Assembly (NCBI RefSeq): GCF_001194135.2
Contig: NC_068997.1
Location: forward strand, 39,190,458-39,254,457
DNA: 64,000 bases
Direction: 5' to 3'
Origin: Octopus bimaculoides
Lineage: Eukaryota
Shown here: one piece after another, positions 38,846 to 51,575 of the stretch
How the letters are laid out: every line of letters begins with the position of its first letter
Numbering within the stretch: the first letter of the stretch is position 1
Made by a program: the position numbers and the translations under genes
Notes under the pieces: generated by a model
Databases searched by the model: none
The model's input: only the letters and a program-made list of their open reading frames with translations
Told to the model about the DNA's origin: nothing

Positions 38846-39008
38846 TGTTGGCACTCTGTCGCTTACGACGTCGAGGGCTCCATTTGATCTGATCAATGGA
38901 ACAGCAGGCTCGTGAAATTAACGTGCAAGCGGCTGAGCACTCCACAGATACGTGTACCCTTAACGTAGTTAGCGGGGATATTCAGCGTGACACAGTGTGA
39001 CAAGGCAC
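38846..39008. repeat. unclassified interspersed repeat fragment
   Basis: GC-richer block next to (TA)n and a gap, recalled as a common cephalopod repeat. There is only one copy in the window, so this is not verifiable here. Confidence 0.35.
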
Positions 39009-39280
39009 AGTGTGACAATATACATACATGTTATACATGTATGTATATTGCTATAATTGCCCTTTAAAAAAAAAAAAATAGACATAATATAATGTCTAAA
39101 AGTTGATGAATACCACCTCTGGATCCACTCCGTTTCTTTATTGCTGCATATACACATATATATATACATATGTATACAACTATATATACATATATATACA
39201 TATATGTATACATGTATATACATATGTATATGTACAAGTATATATACATGTTATATATAGACATCTATGTATATATACAC

Positions 39281-39336
<56 letters not shown>

Positions 39337-40358
39337 NNNNNNNNNNNNNNNNNNNNNNNNNNNNNNNNNNNNNNNNNNNNNNNNNNNNNNNNNNNNNNNN
39401 NNNNNNNNNNNNNNNNNNNNNNNNNNNNNNNNNNNNNNNNNNNNNNNNNNNNNNNNNNNNNNNNNNNNNNNNNNNNNNNNNNNNNNNNNNNNNNNNNNNN
39501 NNNNNNNNNNNNNNNNNNNNNNNNNNNNNNNNNNNNNNNNNNNNNNNNNNNNNNNNNNNNNNNNNNNNNNNNNNNNNNNNNNNNNNNNNNNNNNNNNNNN
39601 NNNNNNNNNNNNNNNNNNNNNNNNNNNNNNNNNNNNNNNNNNNNNNNNNNNNNNNNNNNNNNNNNNNNNNNNNNNNNNNNNNNNNNNNNNNNNNNNNNNN
39701 NNNNNNNNNNNNNNNNNNNNNNNNNNNNNNNNNNNNNNNNNNNNNNNNNNNNNNNNNNNNNNNNNNNNNNNNNNNNNNNNNNNNNNNNNNNNNNNNNNNN
39801 NNNNNNNNNNNNNNNNNNNNNNNNNNNNNNNNNNNNNNNNNNNNNNNNNNNNNNNNNNNNNNNNNNNNNNNNNNNNNNNNNNNNNNNNNNNNNNNNNNNN
39901 NNNNNNNNNNNNNNNNNNNNNNNNNNNNNNNNNNNNNNNNNNNNNNNNNNNNNNNNNNNNNNNNNNNNNNNNNNNNNNNNNNNNNNNNNNNNNNNNNNNN
40001 NNNNNNNNNNNNNNNNNNNNNNNNNNNNNNNNNNNNNNNNNNNNNNNNNNNNNNNNNNNNNNNNNNNNNNNNNNNNNNNNNNNNNNNNNNNNNNNNNNNN
40101 NNNNNNNNNNNNNNNNNNNNNNNNNNNNNNNNNNNNNNNNNNNNNNNNNNNNNNNNNNNNNNNNNNNNNNNNNNNNNNNNNNNNNNNNNNNNNNNNNNNN
40201 NNNNNNNNNNNNNNNNNNNNNNNNNNNNNNNNNNNNNNNNNNNNNNNNNNNNNNNNNNNNNNNNNNNNNNNNNNNNNNNNNNNNNNNNNNNNNNNNNNNN
40301 NNNNNNNNNNNNNNNNNCTCCTCCTCTCTTGCTCTGATACCCACTTCCTCTCTCTCTC

Positions 40359-40392
<34 letters not shown>

Positions 40393-40401
40393 TATATATA
40401 T

Positions 40402-40550
40402 ACGACAGGTATCTTTTAGTTGCCGTCTACCACATCCACCCACAAAGCACTGGACGGCTATAGTAGAAGACACTTGCTCGAGATGCCATCCAATGGGACA
40501 GAAACTGGAATCATGTGGGAAGCAAACTTCTTACCATAGATTCACACCTA
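40402..40550 (-). mobile_element. SINE family C
   Basis: GCTATAGTAGAAGACACTTGC block shared with the other family C copies; its microsatellite runs into the gap at 39337-40317. Confidence 0.82.
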
Positions 40551-40800
40551 ATTAAAGTATATCATTTTAATTGACCCAGCCGGAGTTTGCATATAGTTTC
40601 TAAAACCTCAGACAGATTAGACAAATTCATAGCAAGAACAGTAAATCAATCGATTACCCATCAATTTTACAATGTAGCTGCTACGTGTTTTAGTGTATTG
40701 TACCACAGAAAAGTACTTATCTAAATTCCAGATTCACTAAGTTTAGAATCCAGTTTTCTTGGATACAACGTAACGCAGTCAACATGATACGAACGAATTA

Positions 40801-41002
40801 GGGCGGTGAGATGGCAGAATTGTTAACACACCGAGCAAAATGCTTTCCTGCATATCGTCCATCTTTACATTTTGCGTTCAATTTCTACGAGGTCGACTTT
40901 GCCGGTCATCGTTTTGGAGTCGATAAAATATGTTGAACACTGGGGTCAATGTGATCAACCCCACCTCCGAAATTGCTGGCCTTGTGCCAAAATTCGAAAA
41001 CG
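40801..41002 (+). mobile_element. SINE family B with a perfect 17-bp TSD
   Basis: ACATGATACGAACGAAT occurs at 40782-40798 and 41003-41019. Confidence 0.92.
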
Positions 41003-42014
41003 ACATGATACGAACGAATGAGTCCATCCCTAATTCTATAGATTTTGTCAGCTGCGTTTCTGTGTTAGGTGAGTAAGGAAAATGAGTAAGGATACTGCAT
41101 AAACCGAGATTTTAAGTGTATGTTTTTCATGATATGCTGGAGTTAGTCTACACACAACTCAGTCTCATTGGAAATTCTCTTTGCATGCTGATGATTATGA
41201 CAGAGCCATTCAACAAGTTAAAGAAATTTAAATGATAAAAGAAATAATTTTAAAAAATATGTATTTTTTCAAGTTTAGACTCTCGATTTGAATAAATGCT
41301 GTAATGCTCTTGCGAAAATGGAATAATTGAGTGATAGCTTCCGACAATAAAACTATTGTTGTTAAATAATAAAGGTAAAAAAAAAAAAACACGAAGGAGA
41401 AACAAGAAATGTTCACAAACACAAACCGAATTACAAAGGCAACTGTCACTATACTAACAAAATCTGTAACAAAAAATTTTCTTTTCTAAATATTCCGATC
41501 TCTATATTTTGGGTTGCCAAGCTCAACTATTATTGTTACTGAATGTCATGTTTAATAAAAAGATTTGGTTCGTTGGATTATTTAGGAAACACAGAGAAAA
41601 GAAAATAACACCGTTTGTTCTACGATGAGATCTTTTTTTTGCTTACTCTGTATAGAATCTTTCCGTTGTAACACCCGGCTTTAGAGTGGGGTTGGGTGAC
41701 AAATGTCTGTGAAAAGAATCCATAAAAATAACCAATTCTTAATCAATTCTTTTGTTCTTCACAGAACTTTCTTAAAGTTTCTCAAAGCTTCTCTCATTGA
41801 TCAAAGACATCAAATGTATAAGCATTGTTTGAAACTTACGGACTATTTATTTTTCAAGAAACGATAAAAGGATTAAAATAAAATTCAGAATCAAGCTATG
41901 AAGAAATAGAATTCTTCAGAATAAAACGTTAGTAATTTTAGAATACGACTACAGGTTTCAACTAGGAAAGAAAGATATGAGGGCAATTAAACCGAGATAT
42001 AAACAAGAAGGGAA

Positions 42015-42051
<37 letters not shown>

Positions 42052-43041
42052 NNNNNNNNNNNNNNNNNNNNNNNNNNNNNNNNNNNNNNNNNNNNNNNNN
42101 NNNNNNNNNNNNNNNNNNNNNNNNNNNNNNNNNNNNNNNNNNNNNNNNNNNNNNNNNNNNNNNNNNNNNNNNNNNNNNNNNNNNNNNNNNNNNNNNNNNN
42201 NNNNNNNNNNNNNNNNNNNNNNNNNNNNNNNNNNNNNNNNNNNNNNNNNNNNNNNNNNNNNNNNNNNNNNNNNNNNNNNNNNNNNNNNNNNNNNNNNNNN
42301 NNNNNNNNNNNNNNNNGAATGTAACGCTTCAGGCTGTCAAAAACATCAGTTGGCATCAGGTGTTGCCTCAGCTTCGAAATATTCTTAAAACTATTTGCTC
42401 CTCAAATCGTGCCCACAGCATTTAATCTTAAATTAGAAAAGGCTCATATAAGAAAATGACTATTTCTTTAGTTTTGAATTTCCATTTCAAATTCATTTGC
42501 TAAAAACTAATGTTATACTTCATTTTTCACTATTTGTCAAAAGCAATTACCTTGTTTTTCCGTTACTATCTTAAATGTTATATACAACCTGGGAGCATGT
42601 TTTTTTCTTCTTTTAAATTGTTTTCTGTAAATTCTAATATTAAAACGGCAGATAATTTGCTAAAATTAACCACAAAACCTGCTCAAGTTTTATAAAATAT
42701 TTTGAAGCAAAATCTATATAACAAACGTTTTATCTATCTGCGTCTGTATTAGTACTTCAAAGGACATCAAAATTATTCTAGCAGACAAGCTTACAATAGA
42801 GTAGCAGAAAAAAAGAATAGTGTTATTCACAATGAAATGGATCTGTTATGTAAACAGATACTTAAAAAAAAAAAAATCTTTTCAGATGATACATAGACGC
42901 ACACTTTGATGTACTCGTAGCTGCTGTATGGTCCGGGGTTCGATTGCACTGCGCCTTCAGCAAATGTACTTTATTTCAGCTTCCTCATGACGGAAGTTTT
43001 TCATATCCAGAAATTTTGCGGTATCCTGTCGTGACTGTTAA

Positions 43042-43080
<39 letters not shown>

Positions 43081-43415
43081 GTGTGTGTGTATCTATATGT
43101 ATGTATGTATGTATGTATGCATGTATATATATNNNNNNNNNNNNNNNNNNNNNNNNNNNNNNNNNNNNNNNNNNNNNNNNNNNNNNNNNNNNNNNNNNNN
43201 NNNNNNNNNNNNNNNNNNNNNNNNNNNNNNNNNNNNNNNNNNNNNNNNNNNNNNNNNNNNNNNNNNNNNNNNNNNNNNNNNNNNNNNNNNNNNNNNNNNN
43301 NNNNNNNNNNNNNNNNNNNNNNNNNNNNNNNNNNNNNNNNNNNNNNNNNNNNNNNNNNNNNNNNNNNNNNNNNNNNNNNNNNNNNNNNNNNNNNNNNNNN
43401 NNNNNNNNNNNNNNN

Positions 43416-43505
43416 GTGGAGTGGGGAGGCTGGTTTACACGGACGACTGTTGGTCTTCTATAAACAACCTTGCCCAGACTTGTGCCTCAGAAGGGGAACT
43501 TTCTC
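43416..43505 (+). mobile_element. SINE family A 3' part
   Basis: GTGGAGTGGGGAGGCTGG...CAACCTTGCCCAGACTTGTGCCTCAGAAGGGGAACTTTC matches the reverse complement of 3165-3255. Confidence 0.75.
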
Positions 43506-43677
43506 TTTTACCCTTTAACAGTCAAGTACTAAGGCTGATACAATCGACTATCCTCTCCAGACGAGTTTCTTACCTTGTTCCTGAAGAATAAATTATAGAT
43601 TTGGATAACTTCTCGGGTATAATGTAAAGGAGAACCACGTCATGTTTTTCAGCAGATATAAACCTTTTCCTGCACCG

Positions 43678-46287
43678 CAGTGGTTCTCAAACTTTACTTT
43701 TCTCTGGCCCATATTTTGTGTCCGAAAAAATCCCAGGCCCGCATATTGAAATCCGAAATTTCTATTGGAAAAATATATCTGTTTAAAAATCTAGTAGAAA
43801 ATAGAAAGTATGTTTAATGACAACAATGTTCTTGGTGTCTTGCTATCAGCTTGTCCAACTCATATTCCAAATCTTGGTTCAATTTCAGGTGTAAATCACC
43901 TCTCTTTCCAATGTGCAAAACATTTCGCTTATTTGTCAGCACATCATTTGCAGCAGAAATTCTCGCCTTAACCAGCCTGGTGATAGGAAACTATAGTAGG
44001 AATAGAACAACCTTTTCAAAGAGCAAAGGTTGAGAGGATTTTACTTCCAACCATTCCATTAATCCTTCGTTTTCAGTCTTTTCCATTAATAGATTATTTT
44101 CTTTCAATTTAAGATCTCAGGCAATGATGGAATCAACGTCTTGCTCACTTAAGACATCAAAATTAGCAATGTCGGTAATCCACTTAGGCGAATTGGTTTC
44201 GATGATATCTCTAAATTTTCTATTCGTATTTCTTTTAAGCTCTGCAAGTGGTTCGCATAGCTTGCAATGATTTCTGGAGTTGGACAAGTTTTGACCAAAT
44301 TGCAAAAGACGGCAAACTCATTCGTATGTAGATGTAACTTCCAGGGGCTTGATTTATTTATAAAAGCGAGTACTTTCTCAATACAGTCCATAACAATGGC
44401 ATTTCGTCCTTGCTATGTCCAGTTGGGATGATTGACATGGACAAACAATTTCATCACCGAATATAAGATCTTGGCTTTATCTTTCTGTTTCTTAGTGCGA
44501 GCCAGTGTTTCCATGCGATGAGCAAAGGTAAGAACCGTATTCCATATTTCAGCTAGACGATCAAGATAATTTTTCCTTGGAAAGCCACATCATTCCAGTG
44601 TGCATGGGAAGTGCCTGGTGATTCCTCTTCTTCGCATAATTGCTGAAATATTCTGTCATGCAAAACGTTGCCTTGGAGAAAATTCACTGCTGAAATAGCA
44701 ACTTGCAATGCTGTTTCCATATAACCGTTGAGAGATTTAGCAGCAAGATGTTCTCGATGAACAATCTAATAAATGAATAATATGCAAGAGGTATCTTCTA
44801 TTAATTTTGCAAAGAGTCCATTGTGTTTGAGATCTGCAGCAGATTTGCCAAAAGGATTTTTTCTCTTGCAGGGAACTGCATACAACCGAATACATAGTAT
44901 CGCTTCGTGTATTCGGCAACTTCTAGATGAAATAACATTTTTTGAAGAATTTTTAATCCTTCAAAGTACTGAACATAAGTCAGTAATGAAGCGGAGTTAT
45001 TAATTGTTGTCTCATCAATTTGAAATGAGAACTTTGAAACTCTTAGCTTTACTAACAGCTGTTCTTCAAGGTTTACTGCCATTTCATCCTACCAACTTCT
45101 GACAGTGTCATTCGACGAATGGATTTTCGGTGAAACGTTTATAGCTTCTTGTCCTAGCAGTTCCTTTGTACACATCACTATTGCTGGTTTCACCAGTCAT
45201 TCTCAAATTGTGTGAGGCTTACCAACTTTAGCAACCAATTCACTTACTGTATAGCTGGCTCCAAGTATCTTCAAATTGTGCTCATTTGCTCTTTTCATAT
45301 ATGATTGAAGTGGTTTAGGTTTATTGTTCTGTTGTAATTCTGCTTTCTTCTCAAAATAACTAAGTTCTTTGCCTACGGAACCAGGTTGCCTCTGTTGCTG
45401 ATGTGCTTGTAACTTTGATTTTTGTATACAATCATTCGTCATTATCAATAGACAATCTACACACTGAGACTTTTCAGAATCATCATTTGATGGCAAAAAG
45501 CCAAGTAATAAAGCATCTTGCAGGTAATTGCGCGTAATCTTCCTTTTGTTTGAACTTCTTGTGCTCATTGCGGAAAGTCGAAGGGTACTAAAATTAGAAT
45601 AAAAATCAAAAAACGCGTGAAGGAAGGAAGGAAATCTTTGTCACATTTAAAATAATCAAACGTTAACTTTTAAACCAGATATTGTGTTTAAATAACAAAA
45701 CTTTAATAAGTCATTAATATCTAACTGTACAAAGGTTGATTAATTGTGCTAACAGCATTCAGATGAACGAGTCATTTTAAAATCCACAATATAATTTTTC
45801 TTAATGGAACTTGTCAAATTGTAACTCATCACCTTACATTTAATATACTAAAATTGCTGGTCCCAAATTCAAAGGGCAAAAATAAGGCAAACAGATTTTG
45901 AGCAGAATACTGCGTTTTTTTACAAGTTTCAACAACGTTCTCAGGTGCTGTAAAAGATCTATCAATCAGCGGCCAATCAATAATCTACGAAGCGAGACAT
46001 CATCCAACTCAAATCAGCCGACAGAGTGCGCATTTATAGGAGTATTGAGGCGTACTGACGTCAGTACGCCTATAACTGCGAACTCCATGAACATGCAGGT
46101 GTTAGACTGACATACCCTTAGAAAATAGTTACTGCTTTTATAATTTGATGCCAGTGCACAAGTGTAAAATTTCTATTACAGTAGAGAAAACAGGAATTTT
46201 AAAGGTAACATTTTTGTGGGACCACTCCCAGGCCCACTTAAAATTTTCCTTGGTCCACTCGTGGGCCTCACCGTTTAAGAACCACTG
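43678..46287 (-). mobile_element. hAT (Buster/Charlie-type) DNA transposon with both TIRs and a decayed transposase
   Basis: TIRs CAGTGGTTCTCAAAC (43678) and GTTTAAGAACCACTG (ending 46287) match at 14/15. Minus-strand frames from 45568 to about 43820: BED-like QCVDC...KLQAH, ASYTVSELVAKVGKPHTI, SNDTV, FSFQIDETT, and C-terminal RGDLHLKL. This is the ZBED8/SCAND3-like family. Confidence 0.93.
46048..46071. promoter_or_regulatory. perfect 24-bp palindrome centred on a consensus CRE (TGACGTCA)
   Basis: AGGCGTACTGAC/GTCAGTACGCCT, about 480 bp upstream of the hAT ATG; a CCAAT motif lies near 45972. Function is inferred. Confidence 0.55.
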
Positions 46288-46480
46288 CTATAGAGCAAAT
46301 TATATCGCCTTTTCTCAGGAAATACTATAATTAAATGCAGAAGCGTATACGACTATACATATGCACACAATATTTGTACGAGCATGGTGATCGAGTTTAG
46401 CCGTGTGGTTTCTTCCTGTTTAACACCTAACTCTCTATATAAAACTAGCAACCAATGGCGCATTCTCGCCCGCTCCTTTA

Positions 46481-46695
46481 GAAGTGATGAGCTGGCAGAA
46501 CCGTTAGCACGCCGGGAAAAATGCTTAGCAGCATTTCCTCCGTCTTTACGTTCTAAGTTCAAATTCTGCTGAGGTCGACTTCGCCTTTCATTCTTTCAGG
46601 GTCGATAAAATAAGTACCAATTGAACAATGAGATCAATGTAATCGACTTACTCGCTTCCTAAAATTGCTGGTCTTCCGCCAACATTCGAAATCAA
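46481..46695 (+). mobile_element. SINE family B
   Basis: Family B head, box B and body. Confidence 0.88.
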
Positions 46696-47672
46696 TATCT
46701 GTACGGACATTTACATTGAATCAGCACTTAAACTCAGTTCTTCTTTATAACGGTTTGTTTATGAAGATCTCCATCTGAGTACGACGCTTGTCTAATGTAG
46801 GGTGTTTCTCGCTGGATACGTTAACTACACTTCTGCTTTACAGTACTGTCACTGCTTATGTATCAGTCATCACCTTAACACTCTCAAATTGTCTGTTTGT
46901 CTGTCTTTCTCTCAAATAAACTCAAAGACTTTTATATCCTTCTAATGTGTATATTTTTGTATACAAATGCCTGAAATTTTTAATTTCTCTAAATATTTGT
47001 ATATACATTTTGCGCGTTTATTTTGTTGTTCTGTGAGTATGCATATATGTCCTTCAGTGTGTATATGTACATGTGAGAGTGCATCTAAATATAAGCTATT
47101 TAAACCTAGAAAGAGAGTGTAGGGATAGTTCGATAGCAATTAGTTTTTCTCCGTTTGTGTATGAAATTTTGTAAGTGTTCACTTACATATGTGTGAATGT
47201 GTATTATGATAGAGAATTTGGAAGAGTAAGAGAATGGGAAGAACAATTTAATAAAGGATGAAATTCGAGCCAGTCAGACGCAAAATTGCTTCTGTGATGT
47301 CGTACTATATCTAAGTAGAAGTTGATAAATTAATTCTCAAATATAACTTGCTAAAGCATTAAAGCGTAAAACTGAAATCAATAACTTTGAAAACTTTCAC
47401 TAAGCTTTCATGACATATAACTGGGGATTTCGTTTAATTTTAGGAGAAAGAGAGAGTGAGAGATAAAGGAGAGATAGAAAAAAAAACTCCAGAAAGAAAA
47501 AAATAAAGAGAAAGATTTGATAAAAAGCGAGCATTTTGAAATAGCTGTGATTTAGATGATTTGAGCAGTACTAGTTTGTAGAGCTGTTATGCCAAATGTT
47601 TGTAGGGTAATTTCCCGGATGTAGAATCAAAATAGAAGCTTATAAAGGAGTTGATTTATTTATCTATTATTA

Positions 47673-47886
47673 AGGCGGCGAGCTGGCAAAAACGTTGGCA
47701 CGCCGGGCGAAATGCTTAGCGGTATTTCGTCTGTCTTTTACGTTCTGAGTTCAAATTCCGCCGGGGTCGACTTTCGCTTCCATCCTTTCGAGGTCAATTA
47801 ATTAAGTTCCAGTTGCGTACTAGGGTACATCTAATCGACTGGCCCACTCCCCCATAATTTCAGGCCTTGTACCTCGAGTAGAAAAG
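47673..47886 (+). mobile_element. SINE family B
   Basis: Family B sequence; GATTTATTTAT is repeated at 47653 and 47887 (probable TSD). Confidence 0.9.
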
Positions 47887-48189
47887 GATTTATTTATTAT
47901 CGAGTCGCTACATTGCCAACCTCTCGAACTGGTTGTAAAAGACTCTAGGCATGAATATTTCTTCTTTCTCTCCGCTACCCTTCTGCTTTCATGAGACATT
48001 ATCTATCTATCTATCTATCTAGGTTGTTCTACAGGACGCTCCAAGACTGTTTCCACACGTTTTCCCCGTTTAGCTCGGTGTTCCATAGTGGTCCTTAGCT
48101 CCTGTACCCCTTCCATACCAGTATCATCCAGCAAGTTCTTGATATAGGTCGTCTTCCTCCTTCCTCTCCCGCGAGAGACATTAAACTGA

Positions 48190-48845
48190 AATTACAGGAA
48201 CTTCGTCTTCATGAAATTTGGTTAGTGGTTTGCACAGTTTCAGCATGTCCTGAGTGATTTCCAAGCGGAATTGCTTCTGCTGCTCCACCAGCACTTTGGG
48301 GACGAATTTCGCCGATACACTCCGCATGAACAAACCCTCCGTTAAAATGGAGTGTACTGATCTTGTGCTTATTCCTATTTCATGAGCAATTTCCTGGATT
48401 GTCACATGACAGTCTCCTATGACTATTCACCGAACTTTCTCAATCGGCTCCTCACTTCGGTTTGTGGATGTTCTGTCTGAGTGTGCCTAGCTCCCCACTG
48501 AGACACAGCTGTGTTTGAAGCGGTTGCAATACTCCTTATTCTGAGTTTTGCCCGTGGCATCATCGTCAAAGCTCTACTGAATCTTCTGGATGATTTGAGC
48601 TTGAGTATCACTAAGATTTAGGTAAAACGTGATGCATTGCTCGATGCATTCGGTGAAAACGAAAATCCGACGAGCGTACACTACACGTCTGTACTCTAGG
48701 CGTAACAGTCGCGAATTGATGCAGGCTACTGGCGTGACAATTTCCACGCAAGCGCAGAAAGGGTAGTGTCTCCTCTTACCCAAAGGATTCAGTTTTATTT
48801 TCGGTGGGATAAAAATAAACTTGGACACTTTTTGAACGCAACTCG
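48190..48845 (-). mobile_element. mariner 5' fragment (different subfamily from 9515-10362)
   Basis: TA followed by CGAGTTGCGTTCAAAAAGT at the terminus. Transposase N-terminal relic MTIQEIAHEIGISTRSVHSILTEGLFMRSVSAKFVPKVL. Confidence 0.88.
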
Positions 48846-49389
48846 TAAATATATATATATATAACAATATAAAAATATACAGTTTAAACATGGTCTGATT
48901 TTCACGGTTTTTATTATGGTATTTTAACAAAACTAGCGCTTTCATACATAGTGTACTCATCAGATTTTAAATGTTTTTCTGACAGTTGAGTTCTTGACAA
49001 CTTTAGTGAGGTTGGAAGAAAGAGAAAAGAATATTAGAATATTCAGACCTATTCTGAATGGAAATGACAGCAATAATATAACAACCAGTTAGTGATGTGG
49101 ATTAATAAATATAAACAAGTTATAGAATATCGGTACGCCTGGCATACCATGATGTTTAAATGCATGTGGATTGATCAAAAAGGTATTCTAAAGATTCAGC
49201 TGGCTGGACCATTCTAAGAGGTACTAAAGTTGTCAGTTAAACACATTTGAAATCTGATGAGTGTACACTTTGTAATGAAAGCGCTAATTTTGTTAAAAAT
49301 ACCATAAAAAACGTGGAAACCAGACTGTGCATTAACTTTATTCAACTGATATATCATTCTATACACATTCACACAAATTTGAAACAATA

Positions 49390-49580
<191 letters not shown>

Positions 49581-49679
49581 ATTGATCATAATAATAATGC
49601 ATTATTATAATTATGCGTTAAGGAAAGTGAATTCTCGGAGAAAATCCAGTATAGTCGAGCTAATTCTAACAACAATAGA

Positions 49680-50375
49680 CCACGTAGAACTAGAACTAAG
49701 AAAGCTTTGTGGTTTAACCCCGCATTTAATATTGCCGTAAAACCAATATGGGTAGGGAATTCTTAAAGTTAGTTTCTAAACATTTTCAATCTAGTTCTAT
49801 AGAATTTTTAATAGGAGAACACTGAAAGTTTGCTATTCTTGTTGCAAAATCTTCGCCTCTTTTATTAATCAGCATAACACAAAAATTATTACAAACAATT
49901 ACTGTGTCAAATCTAATCTGAGGAATTGCAACTTCAAAGATATAACTTGCTGTTCGTTGGAAGGTAAATGTTTTGAAAAAGGAATAGTTTATAGAGCCAA
50001 AGTGCAAGTAGATGGCTCACAAGAATATAAAACTTACACAGGGGCTTCGGAAAATTCATTCAAGACTCGATTCTGTTCCCACCGAAATTCTTTCCGATAC
50101 CCCGAGAATAGGATAGCAGCTAGTATTGCAAATCATGTCTTGGAATTAAAAGAGAATGACACCTGTCAATTTCAATATAACCTGGGTGAATCAAAAAAAA
50201 AAAAAAGACATCATCATACAGACGTGGGGCTTATAAAAGACTCATGAAATGCAATCTTTGCCTCTCAGAAAAGTTCTTCATCCTATTCCAGGATAAACAT
50301 GCTATGAACAAGAGACGCGAGCTCTTAAATTCATGCAGGCACATTGCGAGGTTTAAAATGTCAATCGATAAAATA
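49680..50375 (+). mobile_element. Penelope-like element 3' fragment (linker + GIY-YIG endonuclease)
   Basis: ALWFNPAF, IFNRRTLKVCYSC, GKCFEKGIVYRAKV...KTYTGASENSFKTRFCSH and CNLCLSEK...NKRRELLNSCRH. Confidence 0.88.
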
Positions 50376-50756
50376 CCGTATGGGCAAAATTTTTGACTTT
50401 CGGAAAATTTTGTCTGCTGCATTTGAATTTGACTTTACACCTTATAGTTTTTTTGTATTAAAATTTTAAGAAAGCTTTCGACTGTTTTAAAAATTTAAGC
50501 TTAAGTTTCGCCGAGGTTTATTTTTATTGTTCACTCTCGGATTTAGTTATGTTGCATTAATTCATTGTGAAATTTATTGTGCAATTTCCTTATTTTAACA
50601 TCTTAATATTATATATAGCAGACATTTAAAAAAAAATGTTTGCTTATATACGTTATGATGTATATATTCATCTTGATGTGTAGATATGTTTCTCTCTATA
50701 TTTGTGCATGTATGTATTTTGGGTATGTGTTTGTATGTATATGTATGTGTGTGTAC

Positions 50757-50819
<63 letters not shown>

Positions 50820-51575
50820 TGTATGTGTGTATATATATGGGTAAGTATTTGTGCATATATTTATTTGTATATTTGTATGGGTGTCTATATATGTGTGTAT
50901 TTGTATGTATGTTTGTATGAATTTTATGTGTTTTTTCGCAAGCTGAACGAAGTATCTAACTTTCATTAGATCCTTTTAGGAATGCCAATCATTTCACTCT
51001 CTCTACCTCTGCATATGCTTCCCTTTCTCTCTCTAATTTCCTGTTTCTTTTTCTTTTATTCCTTTTTCTCCTAAGTTGTATAAGCATACACCAGGTGGTT
51101 TTGTGCGCATGCGTGTGCGTGCGGACATACGTATATATGCATTTGTATGTATTCATGTTTTGCCTATATATGTCTGTATATGCGTGTAGCCATATGCCTA
51201 CATCTGTATGTTTAGTGTATATACGTATATCATAAATTATTTGGTATGTGTATGTATTGCTAAATCTATATGTATGTTAGCCTGAAAAATTTTTAAGCGG
51301 ATATCTTTTAATCTATTAATTTATTATTATTTTTACAGCTAATTATTTACCCCAGGTATTCAGGCCTTTTTTCTTGTTCATAAGCTATTTTTGATTGAAG
51401 GTTTTCTTCGATTTTTATAATATGATTTTAAACGGCAATTTGTTATTTCATGCAATCGGTTATTGAAAAGACCGTTAGCTGAGAGGATCAGCGAAACGAA
51501 ACCATTTTCAAATGTGTATCTATCAAAATAATTGCATTTCTGCATATAACTTCATCTTGCTCCATTCTAAACAAA

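Noticed and set aside
41042-41069. 27-nt plus-strand micro-exon-like segment (TATAG...TTAG/GTGAGT)
   Set aside because: Such patterns arise often by chance and no supporting neighbouring exons were found.
43670-46295. 8-bp TSD for the hAT element
   Set aside because: The flanks match at only 4/8, so a TSD cannot be claimed.
51475-51512. CTGAGAGGATCAGCGAAACG as another hammerhead
   Set aside because: The core lacks a base, there is no U-H cleavage site in register, and stem I is not supported. At most it is a dead relic.
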